A DNA stretch of 64,000 bases. It comes from Phaeosaccion multiseriatum. Its lineage: Eukaryota > Protista > Ochrophyta, other classes. The position numbers were made by a program, and so were the translations under genes. Of the stretch, positions 20,502-32,050 are shown in pieces. The stretch is from assembly GCA_965112735.1 (NCBI GenBank), contig OZ218963.1, forward strand, positions 2,728,001 through 2,792,000, read 5' to 3'. The notes under the pieces are model-generated. The model made no database searches, was not told the DNA's origin, and saw only the letters and a program-made list of their open reading frames with translations. Position 1 is the first letter of the stretch. Every line of letters starts with the position of its first letter.

Positions 20502-23500
20502 CTACTGGCGTTGCTGCCGTGCCTGCTGCTGTGCCGCTTGTAACCGCTTGGCCTCCTGCGTTGCCAACCATGCTGCTGTCTCCTCCTTCGAGTCAACTCG
20601 TGGTGTGTCAGCTCGTCTGGCCGGCACTCGCACTGTCCCCCCCCAGGAGGCCGCCAAGGGCACGCGACGCTCCCGCGGCACCTGTCGTTGCCCCAAGTCG
20701 CTCCCCCAAGCGAGACGAAGCCCTCGGCGATGCCAGGCGCAGGAGCCGTCAGCGCACAGCTCCCGTCGCAGCGGCAAAACTTGTCGTCGCACTTGCTCAT
20801 GGCGCTCCAACACTGCTTGCCGATGAACCTGGTCCCACAGCACAGGAGACTCCACAAGCATTGATGCCACTCTCCGACGTTGCCGCTGCAACCGCCCAGC
20901 ACCCACTCGACTCTGACGACACTGACTCCCCTTCTTGCCTTGGCGCTGCAAATGCTGAAACCGGGCCTTCACTGTCGGCTGAGGCACCAGAGTCGATGGC
21001 ACCCCCACCTCAGTCCGTGGGTGCGTCAGGGCCTGCACCGGCACAGCTTGCAGCGGAAGCGCCGTAGCCCCCAGCTCAGCCTCCTCTGGTACTACCGAGC
21101 AGCGAATTACAGGCCCCTGCGGTGGGTACCAGACCTGCTCAGCTCCTGCTTCAGCTTCAGACGGCTGCAGCGACACCTCCTCCTCCACCACAGACTCAAC
21201 CGCCTCCCGCGCCTTGGACCATGGCAGCCTGCGCGTCACCACACACCTCACCATCCCGCCAAGAGCACCAAGCCAGGAGGAGGGGGCCGCTGCAGTCTCC
21301 GGCACGGTATCTGAAGAAGCCGGCTCAGCGAGCATGAGCGCGGCCACCTCAGCACTCGCCTCCGAGTCGAGCAAGCAAGAAGCAGTGCCGATGACCTGCC
21401 CAGGAACGACCACAATGACCTGATTGTGGTGATTCTGCACTGTGATTCGGTAACTCTGCCCCCCAGCATACACACCATCTTTGTGCGCCACTAGAACCTG
21501 CTCGTGCTCCAGCCACCAGAGAACGTCCGCCTCCGCTGCCAAGTGTCCGTGAGCGCCCAGCTCCACCACCGCCTGGACACCCTCACCGATGCCCGTAAGC
21601 TCGAGGAGAAGGGACCCCGTCTGTCCAGGTCCCAAGCTCAAAGCCTCCACAGCACGTACCGCCCCAACAGCAGCGTTGCCGTCCACCACTGCCAGCACTT
21701 GCACAGCCAAGGCATCGGACGGACGAGCATCCGACGTGGCCTCCTCCGAAGGAGTCGGAAGTACGTAGAGCTGCTTCGCACGATGATCGACAACTGCCCC
21801 TACTTGGGTGAAGAAATCCTGCCCCAAGAAGATGGGCCGCGCCAAGTGGTCCACCACATGACAGGGTAGCACCGGCTGGCACGTCGGCGTGAGTCCCACC
21901 TGGAGCCAAACAAGCCCTCTGGACATAGTCTTGGCACGATTGTCAGCGTAAGACACCTGCACCCCCTTCTGCGTGGCGAGCTCTGACCGCTCCACCGTGC
22001 CATCCGAAACCAGTTGATTGAAGCAGGCTGTCGAGATGCAGCCCGCTCCTGTGCACCCACTGTCCATCAAGGCTGTAAAGGCGCTCTTCTCCACGGCGTC
22101 GGCTGCACTGGCATCCCGTGGAGCGGTAGCAGCCAAGCAATGCCGAGCGTCACTGACCTTCACTGGCGAGCGTACCGTAACCTCGATCGTGTGACCCCGC
22201 CCTACTGGGACTGCCGTACGACCCGTGGCAGCCACCGCTTCGGCAATCTCGGCTCGCCGCACTGCTGTCTGCAAGGCGGCCACCCCCCCCGGAGCGTCCT
22301 CCATCCGCACACGGTAGAGAGCCAAGGCAGCGCGTTGCACACACCCCTCGCACATATCACACTCACTGTCAACAGCCGACGCACAGGCACAAGCTCCCGA
22401 ACTGGGGGGCTCCTTGAGCAGAGCGACTCCCGCGCCAGGCTCCAAAGCTACTGCATGACAAGCACGCACAAACGGATCAAGGGCAAGCGTGTGCAGCCCC
22501 GCCTCCTCCGTCAACACAGCCGTGAAAGCAGCCTCCGGCTGATGCTGCTGTGCTGCTGATGTCGCACGAGCACGCTGCCTCCGCTGCTTCCTCGGTACCC
22601 GCCGTCGAAGAGCCACTGCGCGCCTCGCTGCATCCTGCTGCTCCTGTGCCGCCTGCTCGTCACCCTTGCGCAGCGCTGCCTTCGCCTGCTGGGCACGCCG
22701 TCTCAACCACTTTGCTGCCACCCTCTGCTCAGTCCTGCTCCGCCCCTCCGCCGGAGGCACCGCTGGAGACGTCAGCGGCAGGGTCCAAAGGCTCTGCTCC
22801 TGCTGCTGAAGCTGAACCTCCTCCTGCTGCTGAAGCTGAACCTGCCACGCCCACTGTTCATGTTCCCCCGTGGGAGTGAATGGCGGAAGAGATGCTGCCC
22901 CGAGAGGCAAGGCCCGCACGAGGCCCATGGCCTTGGCCTGTCGAGGCGTCACCAGGGAGCACAGCTGCTGAGGCTGAAGCTCATCGCTTGGCGGTGGGCT
23001 GGGCTTTGCAACCTGGACGGCAGCCTCGACAGCATGACCCTGCTGCTGCTCCAATTGCTCCGGCTGCCCCCCCGCCACCTGTGGCTGCTGCTCGGCAGCA
23101 GGACCCTGCTGTTGCTCCAGTTGCACCTGCGGTCCCGCCGGCTGCTGCTGCAGCTGCTGCTGCTGCTGTCCCAGCCGCTGTTGCCGCTCCTTCGCCGCGC
23201 TCTCGACCCAGCGCCGGGGATGCAGTGCACGCTGTTCCGGGAGCGCACACGCACGCACCCGCTCCAAACCCCTTGCATCCATCCAGACAGACTCGTGTTG
23301 CGCAACGGGTGCCGCCGCGCACTCAACCTCCCCAACTGCCGACTGCGGCGCCTGCTGCGCCGGGCACTCACCCGCAACGACTGCATCCTCCTGGCGCAGA
23401 GGCAGCGGCAGCGCGACATCAGGTCCGCTCGACAGCTCGACCGCAGAGCCGGGCTGCTGTGCTTCGACTAAGCACACGGAGCGTACCACTGGACACGGCT

Positions 23501-24150
23501 GCTGCTGCTGCTGCTGCTACTGCTCGACTGCGGAAGCCGCTGGCGCAGCCTCCTGGTGCGCGCCCTCCACGACTACCTCTACTGCACGCTGCGCCTGCTG
23601 CTGTACCGCCGTCATCTCCGTGTGCTCACCAGCAACGACTGCATCCGGGCCGTCAGTGCCCCTCGACTGCTCGACCACAGAGCGTACCACAGGACCCGGC
23701 TGCTGCTCTAGCTGCCACTCCGGCTGCTGGCGCTGCGGCTGCTGCGGCTGCCGCTCCGACGCTGGCAGCTGCTCGACCGCGGACGGCGCAGCCAGGCACA
23801 GCCTCTCTGTGCGCACCCTCCCCGACTACCTCTACTGCACGGCGCTGCTGCTGCGCCTGCTGCTGCGCCTGCTGCTGCACCGCCGTCACCTCCGTGGGCG
23901 CACTACCCACTACTGCATGCTCGGGACACCGATGCTGCGGCAGCTCTGCATGCTGCTGCTGCTGCTGATGCTGCTGCTGCTGCTGCTGCTGTTGCTGCTG
24001 CCGTCGTAGCCGAGCACGTCTGAGTCTGTTGCCACACCACATGTCACTCCGATAAACTCTGATGGGTGACTCCTGCTCTACACGACTAGCCTGACCGCTC
24101 CTACGCTGAGCGTCGGCATGGGGCAAAAACAAGATAGGTGCGAAGTACAT
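20502..24150 (-). pseudogene. A1 pol N-terminus: Q-rich repeats, aspartic protease, dUTPase-like segment
   Basis: ALMDSGC...IFLGQD; collinear with D ORF 11156-15589; several frame breaks. Confidence 0.78.
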
Positions 24151-24570
24151 TCATTATCTTCTACACTGCTCTTGCCTGCCCTCCCCCCCTGTTCCCCCAC
24201 GCCGACGCTATCCTCACGCGCTGCGGTCGTGGTCCCCAGGGCTGCTGGCCAAGCAGCCCCGGGGCACCGTCAGCCTTCGAACTTGAACCCGTCCTGCGCC
24301 GCCAGAGTGCCCGCCACCATTGCTGCCACGGATTCAGACATGTCGGACTCCTGGTGCAGCGCTCTGACCGCCTGCCGCCGCTGCACGCGACTCACAATGC
24401 CGAGCAGCTCCTCACGCGTAGCCGGGATGGCGTTGCATTCTATCCAGCCATGGCCGGCGCGGCGACAAGTCATGCAGTTAAATGGGGCATTGCCGTTGCC
24501 ACGCTGCTTGACCGAGCCGTGGAACAGCAAGGGCCGCTGCTGGGTGGGCGTGAGCCGCGGCTGCTGCGCC

Positions 24571-24608
<38 letters not shown>

Positions 24609-25478
24609 TGCATTCACCCCCACCTCCTGTGACGGCTGATGGTCCAGATGCTGCTCCACCGAATTCACGGCCACTTCCAGATGCTGCTCCACCGCATTCA
24701 CTGCCACTCCCCCGCGCGGAGTGCGCAGACCACCACCACCACCACCACGGGCCCGCGGAGCCCCACCAGTAGAAGCGAGAGCGAGTGGGCTACCAGCCTG
24801 GAGCACACGAGTCGCCGCAGGAAATGCCTTCTTGTAGGAGGCGTAGAAGTCACTCCACGAGGGAGTCTCCGACTCCCAGCGCAGCCAGAAGTTGGTCATG
24901 CCGTCAGTTAATGGCAACGAGCCGTGACGAAGCCGAATCTCGACCTCTGGCCGCAGCACCGCCAGCAGGCCCGTAACCAAGGCTTGCTCATCCGTGGCCT
25001 GCCCCGTCACCTGCGCCAGACACAGAGAGAGTTCCGCCAGCTTGGTGAGCAGCCTGGCGAGCGCCTGGTTCACCTCGGCAGGAACGGTGGACGCTTCCAG
25101 AGGCTTAGCCTCCCGCACCAACGTCTGGACAAGCTGCTGGAGGCCGTCTCGCGCAACAGGAACGCCGAAGAGACGCAACAGACACCTCGCGAGCAATTGG
25201 AACTGTGCACTCTCCGTCTCCCACTCCAATGTGACGTGCTGGTCGCCCTCCATCCACGACGCACCCTTCTGAGCCTCCGCCAGGACAGTGGCCTGATCCA
25301 CTGCACCCAAGTCGGCCAGCACTCGCTGCTCCATCACCCGCCCTTGGCCCGGAAGCACGGACCCAGTAGAAGTCAAGATCTCCTGTCCTTGCAGAATACT
25401 CACCCAGTCGTACATGATTGCGAGCACCACAGCACGAGGATGAGGCTGTCCAGCCGCATCGAATAGAGAGGGAAGTTT

Positions 25479-26619
25479 TGTTAGAAGTCGTGCTTTTGCT
25501 AGACTGGTACCTACCCTCTGAATTCAGACCGGGAGGTACCAGTCTAGCAAAAGCACGACTGCTAACAAGCCCATTGCTAGAAGTCGAGCCCCCCCCCCCC
25601 CCACCGCACATAGTGGAGAGAAGTAATGTTAGAAGTCGTGCTTTTGCTAGACTGGTACCTACCCTCTGAATTCAGACCGGGAGGTACCAGTCTAGCAAAA
25701 GCACGACTTCTAACAAAGCCCTAATGCTAGAAGTCGAACCCCCCCCCCCCCACCGCACATAGTGGAGAGAAGTAACTCGCAGTCTGAGAATCAGACTAAT
25801 GGGTGCCAGCCGGTACCAGTTTTCGCCGAAAAACACACTTTTTTCACAAGCTACAGCCAGGATTCGAACTCGCAATGGCCTTGTTAGAAGTCGTGCTTTT
25901 GCTAGACTGGTACCTACCCTCTGAATTCAGACCGGGAGGTACCAGTCTAGCAAAAGCACGACTTCTAACAAGGCCATTGCGAGTTCGAATCCTGGCTGTA
26001 GCTTGTGAAAAAAGTGTGTTTTTCGGCGAAAACTGGTACCGGCTGGCACCCATTAGTCTGATTCCCAGACTGCGAGTTACTTCTCTCCACTATGTGCGGT
26101 GGGGGGGGGGGGGTTCGACTTCTAGCATTAGGGCTTGTTAGAAGTCGTGCTTTTGCTAGACTGGTACCTCCCGGTCTGAATTCAGAGGGTAGGTACCAGT
26201 CTAGCAAAAGCACGACTTCTAACAGTAACTCGCAGTCTGGGAATCAGACTAATGGGTGCAAGCCGGTACCAGTTTTCGCCGAAAAACACGCTTTTTTCAC
26301 GCCGCGCGTCTGAATTCAGACCGGGAGGTACCAGTCTAGCAAAAGCACGACTTCTAACAAGGCCATTGCGAGTTCGAACCCTGGCTGTAGCTTGTGAAAA
26401 AAGCGTGTTTTTCGGCGAAAACTGGTACCGGCTTGCACCCATTAGTCTGATTCCCAGACTGCGAGTTACTTCTCTCCACTATGTGCGGTGGGGGGGGGGG
26501 GGGTCGACTTCTAGCAATGGGCTTGTTAGAAGTCGTGCTTTTGCTAGACTGGTACCTACCCTCTGAATATTTTTATTCAGAGGGTAGGTACCAGTCTAGC
26601 AAAAGCACGACTTCTAACA
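25479..26619. mobile_element. Outer family C fold-back element
   Basis: GTTT TSD; palindromic units at 25479-25567, 26309-26359 (half) and 26524-26619, with inverted cores. Confidence 0.9.
25627..26224. mobile_element. Inner, intact family C fold-back element (598 bp)
   Basis: GTAA TSD; units at 25627-25715, 25882-25970 and 26136-26224 separated by two mutually inverted ~165-bp cores. Confidence 0.92.
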
Positions 26620-27746
26620 GTTTCCGCTCCTGGAGCACACGGATAGCACCCACGGGCGGCGTGATCGTCTGCCCCGTATGACGGGCGGGCGCCTGCAGCA
26701 CATCCAGTGCCTGCTGCCGTGCCCGCGCCCGCTCCCGTTCCATGTCCCGCTGTAGCATATCCTTAACCTGCTGCTGCAGCACCTCTACCCCCCCCTGTGC
26801 GGCGTCCTTAACCTGCTGGAGCTGCGCCGCGAACAGCTCCCGCTGCAACGTCTCCACCTCCAACTGAGCAGCACCCTCAGTCGGCCGCTGCAGCTGCGGC
26901 GACCCCGCCATCTGTCGCTGCAGCTCCACCGTAAACTCCCGCTGCTGCTCCGCCCCCCGCGAGAGCCGCAGCACCTCCAGTTCCCGCTGCAGGGCCGCCG
27001 TCTCCGCCTTGCTCTCCCGCAGTTGGGCCGCCATGAGCTGCGCAGCTTGGTGCTGCGTCAGCATCTCAAGCCCCTCCTGGAGAACCCGCGTGTCCTCCTG
27101 CTCCGGTGTCTTCTCTCCCTCCGCTGGCTGATCCACCACCCGAGCCCCGCCAGACGCACCAACAAGAGGGAACAAGGGCGTTCCAACCAGATTCCACACC
27201 GTGCTCTCCTCCTGGCCCACCGACTCTGCAGCACCCGAGTGGAAAGAAACCTCCGACTCCGCCACCTGCAGCGGCCTCACCCCAGCAGCAGAAGGGGAAG
27301 CTGCAGCAGCCGTAATCGCAGACCCCTCAAAAAATCCTCCTGCGTCCTGGAACGAGCTCTCAGAAGGCTCACGGAACGAGCTCTCAGACGGCTCACGAGA
27401 CTCCGCCGAGGGCGACTCCAGTGACTCCTCCCTGCGCAACGCCTCCCGCACACGGTCCACAGCCCCAGGGCTGGCAGTGACCTCCGCAGGAGGAGCAGCA
27501 GCTTCCGATACCACAGCCCCCACGTCCGCAGCACCACGATCAGCTCCACCGCCCTCAGCGTCACTCGTAGCGCCCTCCGTCGATGCAAGGCGCAGGAAGT
27601 CCATCACCTCCTCAGCCATTGCCACCCTAGCAACCCTAAAGCTGTCAACGGCCTTAAGCTGGGCAGCTGGAAGCAAAGCTCAGGCCAACACAATAAATCA
27701 GCCTCAAAGCTGGATCTCAGACCTGTGTCTTTCGGGTCTTCCGGGT

Positions 27747-27930
27747 TGTCGAAACTACCGACAGCTAGCCTCAAAGCCAAGCTAGAGCAGAGCAGAAGCT
27801 GAAGCAAGCACCCGGAAGCCAGCCCACACGCAGGCTGCGCTTACAGGATTTACCGTCTCGTTGGCCCGTTTTCCGGCCGTTACACTACTGATTGGGTCCC
27901 CAAGGGACCCCAACTAGGCCACTTCTAACA
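27747..27930 (-). repeat. Family A 5' LTR, followed by a self-complementary PBS (27738-27746)
   Basis: Homologous to 406-600; PBS ACCCGGAAG is complementary to LTR 27810-27818. Confidence 0.9.
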
Positions 27931-29014
27931 TCTGGCTGCGGCTGCGGCGGTGGTCAATGGGAGGCGCTGCGACTACCACGGGAGATTGCAGCTGAAGAAC
28001 GCCTCACGCCGTTGGCCGACGCCCCTGCGACCCGGAACCAAGGTGATGTTGTATCGTCCTGGTGCCGCCGCCCAGCAAGAAGGGGAAGAACTCGAAGGGC
28101 CCCCGTCAGCGCAACTCAAGGCTCTGCAGCATTCGTGGGATGGTCCTTATACAGTCTTGCCTTGGCCATCTCTGGGGGCCTACTGTGCTCAGCATGGGCG
28201 GGTGAGTGAAGAGCACTATCAGGTCATGCAGCGCAGCGCAGTGTATCTGTCTATGAAACGGGTGCGCGGCAATGGTGTGGAGCAGCTGCAACGGGCCTAC
28301 CACAGAGACTTGACGAAGCCGTTCATCGATGGGGTGAGCGAGCGGCCCTTCGGTCTCCCGGAAGGGTTCGCCAGGTATCATATCCGTTGGTGCTCTCCTC
28401 AGTGGGCTACCAGCGCAATGCAGGAGCAGCGTAGCTTAGAGCTGGACGAGCGAGGTGAGTGAAGGGAAAGCGCCCACGCTGGCGAGGATTGTGAAGTTCC
28501 GCTGGCGCAAAGCCACGCGGCTGCCACTGCGGCGAGAGTATAACGTGCGGTGGGCGGTGGCGGACGGCGGCACTTTCCAGACCTGGGAATGGGCTGAGTG
28601 GTTACTGGAGCGGGGACACGCCAAGGCCATAGAGGCGTTCGAGAACGCCCTTCCGCACACTGCCCTTGATCCAGGAGTGAATGTCAAAAGAGGCCATGGG
28701 TCTAAACGGGAAAGCACGATCCGTCTGCGGCAACATGAGAAGTGGGGCAGCGGGCTGGCGCACGAGACGCAATTCTATCGCTCGCATCTCGGCTTCTGAG
28801 GGAGCTGGCGGAAGAGGCGGGGGTGTAGTGAGGGGGAGGAAGTGGCCTAGTTGGGGTTCCTTGGGGACCCAATCAGCAGGGTAACGGCCGGAAAACGGGC
28901 CAACGAGACGGTAAATCAGAAGTCAGCCTGCGTGTGGGCTGGCTTCCGGGTGCTTGCTTCAGCTTCTGCTCTGCTCTAGCTTGGCTTTGAGGCTAGCTGT
29001 CGGTAGTTTCGACA
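27931..29014 (+). mobile_element. Family A copy A2, 3' fragment (integrase C-terminus, chromodomain, PPT, LTR) in opposite orientation
   Basis: Inverted, slightly diverged copy of ~406-1510; LTR at ~28839-29014 lacks its TGTTA start. Confidence 0.9.
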
Positions 29015-32000
29015 CCTCATAGTTCTTGGGAGGGTTCCAAGGCAGGTTGCGGTCGCTCATAACCTTCATGCGCTCGCTTTGCTCTTGAGCTGCGGGCAAG
29101 TATAGACCGTGGATCAGAGTTGCCACACTTGAAGCAAGCCCGAGCCTTGGACTCACGTCCTTGCTTCTTCGGCTTCTTCAGAGGGGGGGCAGTTGCCCGA
29201 GAGTCCGCAGAGGCGGGAGCGTCGCGCTTCGGCTGCTGCTGCTGCTGCGGCTGCTGCTGCTGCTGCTGCTGTCGCCTACCGCCGCCAGCTGGCTTCTTGC
29301 CCCCACCAGTGATGACCAATCGCTGTATCTCCTCAAGAGAGGGCAGAGCGACAGCCCCATTAGAAGTGTCTTGCTGGATGCACCGGTAGATGGGCAAGTA
29401 CTGATCCACCATGAGGGTCAGTTGCTGGAGAAAGCGCACGTAGGTCTTCAGAAGATTCTTGTGAAGAGTGAAATACCTAGTGAGGTACCCCTTCAGCCCC
29501 TGAGGCAGGGCGATTGCACGCTTGAAGCAGAGCATTGCACAGAACTTGGCAAGACTCCGTGCTGACCTGAGTGTTGTCCTCCTTGCTTAAAGAAGACTCG
29601 AGTCTGGCCATGCTTCTCCAAGAGACCGTGCATCTGCTGATTGAGAGAGCCCACGGGATTCTGAGTATCCGGTGGCAGATAGAGCTTGCTCTTGAGGTCC
29701 TTCAGTAGGGCATTGCCATAGTCCGAACAGGAGCCGGCCTCAGGCTCTACCAGCTGCTGAAGGTGCTTGTGTTATGTGTTGCGTGGGTACACGCAACAGT
29801 CTTGTTCAGGGGGATGTTAGAAGTGCAGGGATGGCTGACGGGGATGTTGAAAGTCAGTATTATGTCAATGGCCCAGGCCCAGGCAAATACGGTGAGAAAC
29901 GGTGCGTGGCCCGTTTCTCACTCACCTCCCAGCAGGTTGGTCGTTTAGGATGGCTCACGGATAAAGCTAATAGAGACAAGGCTGGCTGCCAGGCTGGCTT
30001 TGGGGTTGTAACCTAAAGCTAATAGAGACAAGGCTGGCTGCCAGGCTGGCTTTGGGGTTGCTATTACCTTATCCATGCGGCTACTCCTATCCTAGGTGGA
30101 GAGCAACGTGACTCTTTACAACCCCAAAGAATCCCGAAGGCAGCTGACCTTGGCCAAGAGGCTCAGGCAGCAGCTCGGTAGCTTTGAGTTTGCCGGGAGT
30201 GGTGCCTTAGACAGCGGGCATGGCTTTCGAGTGTGGCAGCAGCACGGATGTTGCTGTTGCACGGAAATTGCTGCTGGAGCTTGGTGGGCAGTGGAGATGG
30301 AGAATTGCCGGGAGCGGTGCCTTACAGCGGGCATGGCTTTCGAGTGTGGCAGCAGCACGGATGTTGCTGTTGCACGGAAATTGCTGCTGGAGCTTGGTGG
30401 GCCGTGGAGATAAGAGAATTGCCGAGAGCGGTGCCCTACAGCGGGCACGGCTTTCGAGTGTGGCAGCAGCGCGGCTGTTGCTGTTGCACGGAGCTTGGCG
30501 GGAGACAGAGAAGGATACTCGCAAGGCTGCTTTAGGGACTGTCTGGGTGCCTTGTAGGCACACCAGTAAACACTTGAGCAGTCAGCATTAGTGGTGCGCA
30601 ACGAGGCTTTGGCAACGCTGGTGGCGAGTAGGAGTGGAGATAGAGAATTGCGCGGGTGAGTTTGAGTCATGGGATGTTCTCATCCGTGAGCCTGTGTGGG
30701 TGAGTTTGAGTCGTGGGATTTTCTCACCAATACAGCAGGGTGTGTGTTGGAGGAGCGGTCGCACACACCTGGGTGAGTTTTGCATATTTCTCATCCGTTT
30801 TAATTGGAAGCAACATGGAGGCTTTTGCTACAAGTCGAGCGTTAGTAGGCGAACCCGCTTTGACTTGCGTGGGGACACGCAATAGTTTAGTGCAGGGGGA
30901 TGTTAGAAGTGCAGGGATGGCTGACGGGGATGTTGAAAGTCAGTATTATGTCAATGGCCCAGGCCCAGGCAAATACGGTGAGAAACGGTGCGTGGCCCGT
31001 TTCTCACTCACCTCCCAGCAGGTTGGTCGTTTAGGATGGCTCACGGATAAAGCTAATAGAGACAAGGCTGGCTGCCACGCTGGCTTTGGGGTTGCTATTA
31101 CCTTATCCATGCGGCTACTCCTATCCTAGGTGGAGAGCAACGTGACTCTTTACACTTGTAAAGAAACTCGTGAGTAATAGCTGAGGTAGCTTTACCAAGC
31201 TGAGCGCCAAGTGACGTAAGGTAGTGCGTAGGCAAGAGCACCTCAAGAGTCGTAAGGTCAGGCTTTGAACCTACAATCGCGTTGTATCGCCGAATGTAAG
31301 TCCCATACTGCTTGAAGAAAGCAATAAGAGCCTTCTTCTCCGTAACCTCCCCAGATGGGAAGTTGGGAGCAGTAAGAGAGAAGACGGCCACTGAGCTGGC
31401 TGTGGCGGGCATACGCTGAGACTCCTCTTCGCTGTCCGAGCCGCTGCTGCTACTGCTGCAGCCATTCTCCTCGTCGGTGCCGGAAGCTGCTGCCTCGTTG
31501 TTCGCCTCGGATGCTGCATCTGCTGGCTGCCCCCGCGACATCATCTGAGTCAGCCACGTCCTGCACCGCCTCAGCCTCCTTAGCCTTGCCCTTGCTTACC
31601 CTTGTTCTTGTTGTTCGCCATGCTGATGCTGAATTCCACAAAGCTGAGGATCAGAGGTGGTCCGGTTGTCGAGCTGTTCGACTCTAGATCAGAAATGCTG
31701 AGGCTGAGAGGTCTCCCGAATGCAGAGACCGAGCGAGAGCTGAGAGTTTCCTGAGTTTTGGCAATTCTCAAATAAAGCTTTATTGTAGCCAATCCCGCTA
31801 TCGCTAGCAAGTCGGAAAGTGAGCCAATATTCGAAGAGATGGGTGCAAGGTTGTAAAGTTTGGAGGCCTTGCCTCAGCTCTAGTAAAGAACCGAGTCTCC
31901 TTTAGCTTTAGGATGGATAAGCTAAGAGTGAGGGAGCGCCACAGACTACTACTCCTAGTGGGCTGTGTGCCACCTCATTGTGCCACGTAAGATGTCATAT

Positions 32001-32050
32001 GGGCATGGTGACAGTTACACGTACTAAGGCAATGAATATGAGGCTGTACA
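29015..32050 (-). mobile_element. Family F LTR retrotransposon 5' remnant (LTR plus degenerate gag)
   Basis: Gag-like frame rejoins across B2 (EFLYK-HLQQLVE); degenerate knuckle CFKCGN; candidate TG..CA LTR at 31852-32050 with no partner in the window. Confidence 0.6.
29770..31154 (+). mobile_element. Non-autonomous LTR element B2
   Basis: CTTG TSD; LTRs at 29845-30120 (internal duplication) and 30931-31154; 75-bp extra segment at the left end. Confidence 0.88.

Larger units (their letters stand above)
24270..27676 (-). pseudogene. A1 gag, split by the family C cluster
   Basis: ORFs rejoin in frame (QERK-LPSLFDAAGQPHPRAVVLAIMYDW); zinc knuckle CMTCRRAGHGWIEC. Confidence 0.87.
406..27930 (-). 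mobile_element. Ty3/Gypsy chromovirus, family A copy A1 (~12.6 kb after removing nested insertions)
   Basis: Direct TG..CA LTRs at 406-600 and 27747-27930. Order gag-PR-RT-RH-exo-IN-chromo; PPT at 601-630. Flanks CTAC/TCTG do not match, so probably a recombinant. Confidence 0.9.

Noticed and set aside
25940-26002. Functional tRNA gene
   Set aside because: Only B-box/T-loop-like and weak A-box motifs; no full cloverleaf
25479-26619. CRISPR array
   Set aside because: The intervening sequences are copies of one core in inverted orientation, not unique spacers; eukaryotic context, no cas genes, and TSDs show insertion
406-29014. One giant element bounded by inverted A LTRs
   Set aside because: Flanks CTAC and CCTC do not form a TSD, and the flanking ORFs do not obviously rejoin
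31841-31875. Self-priming PBS for family F
   Set aside because: Only a 6-nt match (CCTTGC), at a different distance from the LTR end than in A and B; too weak to claim
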